DNA of 63,348 bases, the filler included. It is 3 parts of 3 records of this genome, joined end to end, with 100 filler letters (N's around TTAATTAATTAA, not from the genome) between each part and the next. Parts side by side here need not be neighbours in the genome. Positions count along the whole stretch, not along the records: positions 26,376 to 46,383 come from SRR20825006_558; positions 46,484 to 63,348 come from SRR20825006_566; 1 more part is not named here. One strand, written 5' to 3'. A program made the translations under genes and the position numbers. Of the stretch, positions 39,502-48,353 are shown piece by piece (position 1 is the first letter of the stretch; each line of letters starts with the position of its first letter). The notes under the pieces were generated by a model. The model did no database searches and was not told the DNA's origin. It was given only the letters and a program-made list of their open reading frames with translations.

Positions 39502-42447
39502 CTAATCTACTTTTGTAGCATTTTTTTGAGCCGTTGCGAGATAGGCTTTCAAAAGGCGTGCGGCGCATATGCCATTGAGTGGGCCGGGGTGCGTCACATC
39601 CATAAAATCTTCCGGATCACCTCCAAATTTCGATGGTTCTCGCATGTCAATAATGTCGGTGTTTTCAGGGAATGACTCCGAGATTATATTTGTTATTCGA
39701 TTATATTCTGATTTTGAGATGGGATCGTTTATTACCGCATCAAAAAGCTTAGGGTGGTATGGGGGAATAATAAATATTATCTTATCGCATTTATCTTTGA
39801 TGAGATGAGAAAAGCTGAGGAATTTTCTTTTAATTGTGCTTGTTTTTATTTTTCTAGAATTGTGGGTCCGCATAAAATAAGCAGAAATTCCAGATTGTAT
39901 GTCATTTTTTGCATGTGTGTATCGGGAGATGTTTTTTCCATTTCGTAAAAATTCAGAATCTCCATTGGGTTTCAATATTTCTTTTACATCATCCTCAATG
40001 GCACCAAATCTTATTTGATTTATCCGCCTGTTACGGACTTGTGCATCTCTGCGATCTGCTAATGAAAGGTCAATATTTTCCGAATATTTTAGTAGATATG
40101 GTTTGAGAACAGGGGTTCTCAAAACCGAAGAGGATGGAAGTTCAAGAAAACTGCCAACTCGCTCAATATCTATTGATATTATAAGTGTTTCTATATTTTT
40201 TTGTATTGTTTCAAGTATGTAAGATGTGATGGCGTAAAAATCAGGAAGTGAGGCGCCTCCGGTGTAGAAATTAAAAAAAGTAATCTCATCGGAGCTAAGT
40301 TCAGTTGCCGATAAAACTTTAAAATTGCTCGAGGATAGTATGAATGAGGAAAATGAGGACGGTGCTTTCTGGAGGATTCGAGTTTTTTCGATCGCATGGG
40401 CTGCACCATCAGAAATAACCAGCGGGCGCTCATATTCACCCGTGCGAGCTTTTTCTGCCAGGTGACAGATTGACTGAATAGACTCGAACTTGTCGAAGCC
40501 AACTTCCAAAGGTGACGGCACTGGTTTCCCAACATTTTCCTCAAGCAAAAGAATTAGGTCTACGATTGCGAGGGAGTCGAGTAGCCCTGACGAAAGAAAA
40601 TTTCCACTGTCGATAGCGCTGTCGTTAAGGTTGAAGCGTCGTTTCAAGAAGCGGTGAATTTTTTCAGAGAGATCCTGTGTTCGTTCTGAGGGCAATGCAT
40701 CATTTTGAGAGCTTAGGCTGGCAAAGATGGCGTGTGCACTTTTGCGGGAAATTTTTCCGGAGGATGCCTTTTTCAGCGTTTGTCGAGGGAGCGTTTCGAT
40801 GACTGCGGGGATAAAATTAAAAGTTTTCAAGATACGGCTGCGAACTTCCGAGGCTATCGCCTGATTTTCCTCGGTCGTTGATGCATTCGTTTCACAGAGT
40901 ATGACAATATCTGTCGTCGCCGGATTATTCAATGTGACGCCGATTGCCGCAGCTCTGCCGGGTATGATGCCTTTGATATCCCAGAGCGCCTCTTCGATTG
41001 CGACAGGATCGTAATTGGCGCCATAGGCAATAATCATGTCATCCATGCGTCCAACGACATAAAGATGATCGTCGGATATAAAGCCTATGTCGCCAGTTGC
41101 GAAAAAGTCTTCCTTTGTGATGTTTGTCGCAGCGGAGGCGGTATTAAAATATCCCGACATAAGTGACGGTGATTGAACATGAATTGAGCCGACATGGCGA
41201 TCAGGCAGTTTTTTCTCCTCGGAACTACGAATTTGAAGCGTTGTACCTGCAATCGGGACACCTGAGCTGACGATGGTTTTGCGCCCGTCTTTCACGGGCT
41301 TTCCGTAAGATAGGGATTGTGGGTTAATTTTTAGTCTGTTCTGGGGGTGTGCGTGGTTGGTCGATGTCATGGCAAAAGTTGTTTCAGCCATTGCGTAACA
41401 GGAGTGCAATTGTTGGCTGTTAATGCCGCATTTGGAGAACGCATCGAGAAATGCGTTTTGTGCAGCATCCGTGACTGGCTCTGAGCAATTCGTGATCATC
41501 TGGATTGAGGATAGATCGAAGGCTCCGTGGATCGATGGTTTGTACCACCGTGCCATATATGAATAGGCAAAGTTTGGTAGCCATATATGCGTGGCTTGCA
41601 TTTGTTCAATTCGACGCAAAAACCACTGCGGGTTTGATAGCCAGTCAAATGGAGACATATGTACTGCTCTTGCCGCAGTCAGAAGCGGAGTCCAGTAAGA
41701 GCAAATTAACCCCATATCATGATATAGAGGAAGCCAGCTGCTAATAACGCTGTCCTGTGTAATGCCGATTGCATTGGTATAGCGCTCTATTTGTTCCAGA
41801 AGGGCTGCTTCGGAAATCTCTACGCCTTTTTTTAGGCCGGTGGTGCCCGAACTATACTGAATGATGACAGGCATATTGTCGGGGCGAGGGCGGTAGGGGA
41901 TAGGTTCAGCCGTGGATGTCTGGAGGATGGTAGATGCCCCCAGAACTGGTGATTTGCGAGTGTCGATAAAAAGTCGGGAAGCTTCGTCGACGATACTCAG
42001 CCGAGGACTGATTTGATCAATCAAAACCGCGATCATCTCGGCATAATCTTGTTCGGAAATCTTTGGATTTGGCGGCGTCATTACAATTGGAATCGCGCCA
42101 GCATGAAAGGCCGATGCAATCGCGAGGAACAGGGCCGTCTGATGAGACATGCAGATGAGCACTCTGTCTCCGGGTTTCACGCCTGCCTCAATGAGTTTGC
42201 TTGCTGATCGGGCTGCTCCTAGGAGAAAGCCTTTGTATGTGAATGGGTGTGGGATGTTTTTGCTGTCAACAATGTCGAAGAATGCTTTGGAGGCGTGCTG
42301 CTCATAATTGAACTGCATCTGTTTCTGTATAGAGTTCTGGAGCTTCATGGAGGCAGAGATTTCAATGGTGAACGATTGGGTGACGGTAGCGTGTTCATAC
42401 GGATAAATTTGCTGTCGCGTAGCGGCGTGCAATGTCTCGTTTATCAT
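39502..42447 (-). CDS. Multidomain fatty acyl-AMP ligase - acyl carrier protein - SGNH/DltD-like fusion (start may be 42348 or 42318)
   Basis: QYSSGTTGLKKG, WLPLYHDMGLI, PNFAY, YAMAETT, ATGD, SSGK (adenylation domain); GLLDSL (phosphopantetheine Ser); ILSSS, FNF..GGAS, IPPYHP, FMDVTH (SGNH-like blocks). Confidence 0.78.
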   Translation of the reverse strand: MINETLHAATRQQIYPYEHATVTQSFTIEISASMKLQNSIQKQMQFNYEQHASKAFFDIVDSKNIPHPFTYKGFLLGAARSASKLIEAGVKPGDRVLICMSHQTALFLAIASAFHAGAIPIVMTPPNPKISEQDYAEMIAVLIDQISPRLSIVDEASRLFIDTRKSPVLGASTILQTSTAEPIPYRPRPDNMPVIIQYSSGTTGLKKGVEISEAALLEQIERYTNAIGITQDSVISSWLPLYHDMGLICSYWTPLLTAARAVHMSPFDWLSNPQWFLRRIEQMQATHIWLPNFAYSYMARWYKPSIHGAFDLSSIQMITNCSEPVTDAAQNAFLDAFSKCGINSQQLHSCYAMAETTFAMTSTNHAHPQNRLKINPQSLSYGKPVKDGRKTIVSSGVPIAGTTLQIRSSEEKKLPDRHVGSIHVQSPSLMSGYFNTASAATNITKEDFFATGDIGFISDDHLYVVGRMDDMIIAYGANYDPVAIEEALWDIKGIIPGRAAAIGVTLNNPATTDIVILCETNASTTEENQAIASEVRSRILKTFNFIPAVIETLPRQTLKKASSGKISRKSAHAIFASLSSQNDALPSERTQDLSEKIHRFLKRRFNLNDSAIDSGNFLSSGLLDSLAIVDLILLLEENVGKPVPSPLEVGFDKFESIQSICHLAEKARTGEYERPLVISDGAAHAIEKTRILQKAPSSFSSFILSSSNFKVLSATELSSDEITFFNFYTGGASLPDFYAITSYILETIQKNIETLIISIDIERVGSFLELPSSSVLRTPVLKPYLLKYSENIDLSLADRRDAQVRNRRINQIRFGAIEDDVKEILKPNGDSEFLRNGKNISRYTHAKNDIQSGISAYFMRTHNSRKIKTSTIKRKFLSFSHLIKDKCDKIIFIIPPYHPKLFDAVINDPISKSEYNRITNIISESFPENTDIIDMREPSKFGGDPEDFMDVTHPGPLNGICAARLLKAYLATAQKNATKVD

Positions 42448-42562
42448 GTTTATAGGGTGGAAGCCGCGATCAATTTTTCACGAGATGGATATTTCTGAGG
42501 GCGGGGGAGAGGCTTGTATTTGGTTTGAGTTTTTTCTGGTTTTTGATTGGTTTAAATATACC

Positions 42563-43684
42563 TTAATCTATCCCGTCTCCGGTATTTGGAAGTTGTAGAA
42601 AATAATTTTTTGTCAAAGTAGGTTTCAAGGGAAGCTCGAGCTTATTAGTGAAGGTTTTCACGCCGTTATCAGTGTGGTTCGAGGTGCGCCATCCTGAAAT
42701 GTCTTCGGTGCGCTCATAGAAGTCGTCTGCGCCGAATTTAAGCTCTTCGGCGGTGCATTTTTCAATGATGATGTCCGGTTTTTTTGATGCTAAGTGCGCC
42801 TTCAGTAAGGCCCCGTTCATTAAGCCAGCTTCCAATGCTTCTTTTTGGCGGTACTGTTTGCCGTTCATTATGATTTTTGCGCCTAATGAGCGGTCATGCT
42901 CGTTCCAAATACCGTTTGGATCTGTGTTTTCAGTGATAAGAGTTGGAGTTCCGAACGCTGGGCCAAAAGAAAGGGGGCCAGAGTTTGAAGAAATAAAATA
43001 GCGAGAAGACATGACTGCGTATGCATGGAGAGAGATGTTATTTTCTATGTGGGAAATATCAATGATTCCATCAATTTTTGGGAGTGGTGTCATTCCAGGG
43101 TGGCCGATTCTAACAACTTGCCCGCCTTGTTTTTTTACTATGTAGTCTGCCAACTCGATGTATGGGCGTGGATCAAGAATATCTCTGAAGAGGTGCGGCG
43201 GGCGCCCTGGGTATCCTGGTTCTCTCCAATAGAGGCAGGCAAACCAACGGTTTTCATCGAGGCCTAGATCTATGAGGTTTTGCTTTAATGATATTTGTTT
43301 TTTTTCTGGAATGACAAACCTAGATTTTTTTTTGAAAGAAGGCATCGCAAAATCATTCAGAGTTTGTGATGTTAATATTATATCGGATCGCCTTCCGTCC
43401 ATTTTAATCCAATTTTCATTATTAAAAGTAAGAGGGGACCCTGATCTTTTGTCAAAGCAATCAATGGGGAAATTTTTTATTTTCTCAGGTGATGCGTGAA
43501 ATGAAAAATCGATTTGTGGCATCATTTCAATGATCTGTGATTTGTACCATCTGTCATTTCTGTAGTACACTATAAGTGATGCGTCTTCGAAATTTACTTT
43601 TATCGTGGTGGCTGCTGCGCATTCTACAATAAAATCTCCAAGCGCTCGAGATCCTATGTAAGAAAAAATTCTAACTTTCGACAT
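42563..43684 (-). CDS. Putative glycosyltransferase, TIGR04372/GT9-like (AT-rich)
   Basis: RALGD N-terminal motif, FACLYWRE, VVRIGHP, SNSGP...AFGTP. Confidence 0.68.
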   Translation of the reverse strand: MSKVRIFSYIGSRALGDFIVECAAATTIKVNFEDASLIVYYRNDRWYKSQIIEMMPQIDFSFHASPEKIKNFPIDCFDKRSGSPLTFNNENWIKMDGRRSDIILTSQTLNDFAMPSFKKKSRFVIPEKKQISLKQNLIDLGLDENRWFACLYWREPGYPGRPPHLFRDILDPRPYIELADYIVKKQGGQVVRIGHPGMTPLPKIDGIIDISHIENNISLHAYAVMSSRYFISSNSGPLSFGPAFGTPTLITENTDPNGIWNEHDRSLGAKIIMNGKQYRQKEALEAGLMNGALLKAHLASKKPDIIIEKCTAEELKFGADDFYERTEDISGWRTSNHTDNGVKTFTNKLELPLKPTLTKNYFLQLPNTGDGID

Positions 43685-43700
43685 TTTATTTCCTTTTCTT

Positions 43701-45167
43701 TTAATTTACAAATTTCTTACACAAAAATAGATGTAGTGTGCGGTTTTTTTCTTTTCCTGTTTTGGCTTTAATTGAGATTAGGTTAGTTACCTCTCCGAAC
43801 CGTTCCAGGATCGGGAACGGATTATCCCATTTTGCTACCAGCAAAACCGTGTCACCGGGCTTGGGGAGATAACGTTCCGTCAACTCGTAATGATGGTCCG
43901 GGTGGCCGTCATAGTCCCACATCCTCGGCCGGCGTTCGAGATCACGCAGAGCATAGAGCAGGGAGGCCATGGTCTTGCGGTCTTCGGTCAGCCAGACGGC
44001 GTCCGGATGGGCGGCGAGGATGGGGCGGAGCTGGTCGGCCACCTGGTCCCAGGCGCGGAGCCGGCGCAGCGGATCGTTTTTCAATGGAACATCAACGCCC
44101 GGCAGATCGAGGAAGAAGAAGCCAAGCACGGCGGCGGCGGTGAGGTTGATGCCGATACCGGCGACAACCAGCTTCAGGCGGTCACGCTTGAGCAGCCAAC
44201 ACACAACCAGGATCGTTGCCGCGACATAGGCGGTAGCCGCCCAGTTGGCGTTTGCCCGGCTGAGGAAGGCCTGGCCGGTGATGATCAGCAGCACCGGCAG
44301 GGAGAAGCACAGCAGCAGCTTTTCCATTTGCGCCGCCGGGTCCCGGCGCAGCATGGCGAGGCGCCAGAGCAGGGCGACGAAAAGCACCGGCCCGAAGACA
44401 CCGGCCTGGCTGCCGACAAACTCCAGCATTTTTCCGAAATGGAACAGGTCGCCCTTCAGATTGGTGTTGTCTTTGACGTGCGTGAAGGTCACCCAGCCGG
44501 ACTCGAAATTCCAGATCAGGTTCGGCGCGAACACGGCAAGCATGATGACGAGCGCGATCAGCGGCTTCCGGCTTGTCAGCCAGGACCGGTGTGCAGGCGT
44601 GATCAGCGTGAACAGGACCAGACCGAGGATGAAATAGGCCATGGCATATTTGGCGAGAAACCCAGCGCCGAGGGCGAGGCCGAGCAGCAGAGGCCATCCG
44701 GGTGCATCGCTTTTCAGGCTGCGGACGAAGGCCAGCATGGCCACAGCCCAGAGGAACAGAAGCGGCACGTCGGTCGAGATCAGCAGGCTGGAGAGAGAGA
44801 CAGCCGGAAGCGTCGCAAAACTCAGCCCGGACCAGAACCCGGCTTTCCTGCTCCCTGTCAGGGTCTCGGCAATGCCGTAGATGACGAGCGCTGTTCCCGC
44901 ATGCAGCAAGGGCGAGGGCGCGCGGATACAGGCGGTCCCATCGCCGCAGAGCGATTGCGCCCCGGCGATGATGAAGGCGATCAGCGGCGGCTTCGTATAA
45001 TAGCCCCATTCAAGATCGCGGCTCCACGACCAGTATTGCGCCTCGTCGCCATGAAGGCCGAGCCCGCTGCCTGCAAGCACCGCCAGCCGGAGCGCGGTCA
45101 GTGCCGCGACGGCCAGGAGGAGCCACAGGAAGTAGGGGCGGCTGTCATCTTTGATCACGGTTGGCAT
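43701..45167 (-). CDS. ArnT/PMT_2-family (GT-C) membrane glycosyltransferase
   Basis: DEAQYWSWSR, GYYTKPPL, TDVPL, GFLAKY, PNLIWN motifs; many TM helices. Confidence 0.9.
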   Translation of the reverse strand: MPTVIKDDSRPYFLWLLLAVAALTALRLAVLAGSGLGLHGDEAQYWSWSRDLEWGYYTKPPLIAFIIAGAQSLCGDGTACIRAPSPLLHAGTALVIYGIAETLTGSRKAGFWSGLSFATLPAVSLSSLLISTDVPLLFLWAVAMLAFVRSLKSDAPGWPLLLGLALGAGFLAKYAMAYFILGLVLFTLITPAHRSWLTSRKPLIALVIMLAVFAPNLIWNFESGWVTFTHVKDNTNLKGDLFHFGKMLEFVGSQAGVFGPVLFVALLWRLAMLRRDPAAQMEKLLLCFSLPVLLIITGQAFLSRANANWAATAYVAATILVVCWLLKRDRLKLVVAGIGINLTAAAVLGFFFLDLPGVDVPLKNDPLRRLRAWDQVADQLRPILAAHPDAVWLTEDRKTMASLLYALRDLERRPRMWDYDGHPDHHYELTERYLPKPGDTVLLVAKWDNPFPILERFGEVTNLISIKAKTGKEKNRTLHLFLCKKFVN

Positions 45168-45369
45168 GCGTCGATGCTTTCCTTACGCGCCGGCCTTGCG
45201 TGCCGGAGATGTCCCGCCTTAGCCGAGGCGCGCCTCCGAAACAATCGGGAATCGGTGCGGTGCGGTAAATTGACCTCGATCAGGATCGTCAGAACCCGCA
45301 ACCGGAGTTTCTTGCCGAAGCCGCCGCAACCCAGTAGGACAAACGCAATAGCGTGACAAAGAGGCGACC

Positions 45370-46383
45370 ATGGCGATGAAGACCCTGGATGAAAAAACCT
45401 TGATGACGCTCGCGGAGGAATCTCCCGAAACGTCTCGCGAAGCCTGGATGAGTGCTGTCGATACGGTGCTGAAAGGCGCGTCGTTCGACAAGGTTCTCAC
45501 CCGTCGAACCTATGAAGGTCTGACGCTGCAGCCGATCTATACCGGTGAGGACGCACCGTCCGGCAGGACCGTGCCAACTCCGGGTGGTGATCGGACTGAG
45601 GCCGGCTGGGATGTGCGGCAAATGCAGGCGCATGGCGATCCGGCGGAAGTTGCCAAGACGGCAAAGCAGGATCTGGAGCGCGGCGCGACTTCGGTTCTGC
45701 TGCGGGTCGACCGGCCCGGCGTGGAGGGTGTGGTCATCGGGTCGACGGACGATCTCGACAAGGCGCTCGCCGGCATTCACCTGAACATGGCGCCTGTCGC
45801 GCTGGATGCGGGCGCATATGCGCCTGCTGTCTCCTCCATGCTGGAAGATCTCTGGGCCCGCCGCGGCTGCGATGCGGGAGAGGTTTCAGGCAGTTTTCGG
45901 ATCGATCCGCTCGGCGCGCTGGCCCGGGAAGGCTGGCTGCCGAAGACGGCGGAAGATGCTCTTGCGGAGATGGCGGAGATTGCCAAGCGGACGGCGGCAA
46001 GCCATCCGAAGGTGCGATCCGTAGCGGTCGATACCGCACCGTATTACGAAGCGGGCGCCAACGAAGTGCAGGATCTGGCCTTCGCGATGGCGACCGGCAT
46101 TGCTTATCTGCGTGCGCTAACCGCAGCCGGACTTGATATCGCCTCAGCCGCAAAGCAGATCGAATTCACCTTCGCGCTCGGCGTCGACGTTTTCCAGGGC
46201 ATCGCCAAGCTGCGCGCGGCACGGCGGCTTTGGGCGCGGGTGCTAGAAGCGTCCGGTACCGATTCCGCAGATGCTCCGATGAGCTTGCATGTGGTCACGG
46301 CGGAGCGGGCGATTGCCGGACGGGATGTCTGGGTCAACATGCTGCGCGCCACGGTCTCGACCTTTGCCGCCGGTGTCGGCGGG
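45370..46383 (+). CDS. mutA: Methylmalonyl-CoA mutase family protein (small/beta subunit-like), 5' part cut by the contig end
   Basis: TYEGLTLQPIY, GWDVRQ, DLERGATS, YYEAGA, IAKLRAARRLW, DVWVNMLRAT. Confidence 0.85.
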
Positions 46384-46483
46384 NNNNNNNNNNNNNNNNN
46401 NNNNNNNNNNNNNNNNNNNNNNNNNNNTTAATTAATTAANNNNNNNNNNNNNNNNNNNNNNNNNNNNNNNNNNNNNNNNNNNN
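46384..46483. other. Artificial contig linker
   Basis: N-run + TTAATTAATTAA + N-run. Confidence 0.98.
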
Positions 46484-46484
46484 G

Positions 46485-48338
46485 CGCATGGGCTATGCGC
46501 AGCGCCTGGGCATGCTGGGCGTCGAGCGCTTCATGAAGCGCTATTTCCTGGTGGCCAAGGATGTCGGCGATCTCACCCGCATCATCTGCGCTGGGCTTGA
46601 ATTCCACCATGCCAAGGATCTGGACCTGGTCGGGCGCGTGCTGGCGCCGTTCCGCTCCGGCAAGTCGAAAATCAAGGGCGAAACCGCCTTCATCGTCGAT
46701 ACCGGGCGCCTCAATATCGCCGGGCCGGATGTCTTCGAAAAGGACCCGGTCAACCTCATCCGCGCCTTCATGGTGGCCGGTCGCGAGGAATTGCTGTTCC
46801 ACCCCGACGCGATCATGCATATCCGCAACAGCCTGCGGCTGATCGACAAGACCCTGCGTGCCGACCCCAGGGCCAATGCGCATTTCCTGACCATTCTGAC
46901 CAGCGCCAACTATGTTGAGCGCATCCTGCGGCAGATGAACGAGAGTGGCGTGCTCGGCAAGTTCGTGCCCGATTTCGGCAAGATCGTCGCGCTGATGCAG
47001 TTCAATATGTATCACCACTATACCGTGGACGAGCACCTGATCCGCTCGGTCGGCGTCATGGCGCAGATCGCCAATGGCGGACTGCGGGACGAATTGCCCC
47101 TGACCCACGAGCTGTTGCCCCAGCTCAACGATACGCGCCTGCTTTATGTGGCGCTGTTCCTGCACGATATCGCCAAGGGCCGCCCCGAGGATCATTCCAT
47201 CGCCGGGGCAAAGATCGCCAAGAAGCTCTGCCCGCGCTTTGGCCTTAATGCCGCCGAAACCGATACGGTCTCCTGGCTGATCGAATATCATCTGCTGATG
47301 AGCGAGATCGCCCAGGCCCGCGATATCCAGGACCCCGAAACCGCCAAGGCCTTTGCCGATGTGGTGCAATCGCCCCAGCGCCTGGCCCTGCTGATGATCC
47401 TGACGGCCTGCGATATCCGCGCCGTGGGTCCGGGCACCTGGACCGGCTGGAAGGGCTCGTTGCTGCGTGCGCTTTATTTTGCCACCGAACCGCTGCTCTC
47501 GGGCGGGCATAGCCAGGTCAGCCAGTCCGACCGGGTCAATCAGGCCCGTTCGGCTTTGACCGAGGCGCTGTCCGGCTGGGCGCCCGCCGACATTGAAGCC
47601 TATACCGCCCGCCATTATGACCATTACTGGCTGCGTGCCGAGCCCGAATTGCAGCTCGAACATGCCAGGATGATCCGCAATGCCGACAGCACCGATCAGC
47701 CCTTTGCCGGCTCGATCCGCGTCAAGGCGTTTGAAGGCATTACCGAGGTCAGTTTCTATACCCCCGATCACCCGCGCCTGCTCTCGCTGATCGCCGGCGC
47801 CTGCACCATGCAGGATGCCTCCATCATCGGCGCGCAGATTTTTTCCACCCGCGATGGCCGCGCCATCGACACCTTCCGGCTCAAGCGCTCCTTTACCTCC
47901 GATGAAGACGAAAAGGTCCGTGCCACCCGCATCATCGATACGGTCAAGCAGCTCCTGCAGGGCAAGCGCCAGGTGCTGATCGATCTGGGCAAGGAATCGC
48001 GCCACAACAGGCGACTCAGGCCCTTCACCCTGCCCGCGCAGGTCTCGGTCAGTAACGCCATTTCGGAAAAGTTCACTGTCATCGAGGTGTCGGGCCTGGA
48101 CCGTATCGGCCTGCTCTACGCGCTCACCCGCGAAATCAGCGACCTCAATCTCACCATCGGCTCGGCCCATATCGGCACCTATGGCGAAAAGGCCGTCGAC
48201 GTCTTCTACGTCACCGATCTGACGGGCCAGAAAATCCACGTCAAAACCCGCCAGAAGAAAATCCACGATGTGCTGATGAATGTTTTCAAGCGGCCCAGCG
48301 AGGAAAAGGCACCGGAGAAGAAGGTGGTCAATGGGTGA
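46485..48338 (+). CDS. glnD: [Protein-PII] uridylyltransferase, 3' part (HD and two ACT domains)
   Basis: VERFMKRYF, MQFNMYHHYTVDEH, LHDIAKG, DHPRLL, DRIGLL, TYGEKAVDVFYV. Confidence 0.96.
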   Translation, partial: RMGYAQRLGMLGVERFMKRYFLVAKDVGDLTRIICAGLEFHHAKDLDLVGRVLAPFRSGKSKIKGETAFIVDTGRLNIAGPDVFEKDPVNLIRAFMVAGREELLFHPDAIMHIRNSLRLIDKTLRADPRANAHFLTILTSANYVERILRQMNESGVLGKFVPDFGKIVALMQFNMYHHYTVDEHLIRSVGVMAQIANGGLRDELPLTHELLPQLNDTRLLYVALFLHDIAKGRPEDHSIAGAKIAKKLCPRFGLNAAETDTVSWLIEYHLLMSEIAQARDIQDPETAKAFADVVQSPQRLALLMILTACDIRAVGPGTWTGWKGSLLRALYFATEPLLSGGHSQVSQSDRVNQARSALTEALSGWAPADIEAYTARHYDHYWLRAEPELQLEHARMIRNADSTDQPFAGSIRVKAFEGITEVSFYTPDHPRLLSLIAGACTMQDASIIGAQIFSTRDGRAIDTFRLKRSFTSDEDEKVRATRIIDTVKQLLQGKRQVLIDLGKESRHNRRLRPFTLPAQVSVSNAISEKFTVIEVSGLDRIGLLYALTREISDLNLTIGSAHIGTYGEKAVDVFYVTDLTGQKIHVKTRQKKIHDVLMNVFKRPSEEKAPEKKVVNG

Positions 48339-48353
48339 GGCGCACGCGGGCCC

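Noticed and set aside
45270-45283. TTGAC-CTCG-ATCAG as an FNR/FixK box upstream of the mutase gene
   Set aside because: Deviates from TTGAT-N4-ATCAA in both halves and has no supporting context.
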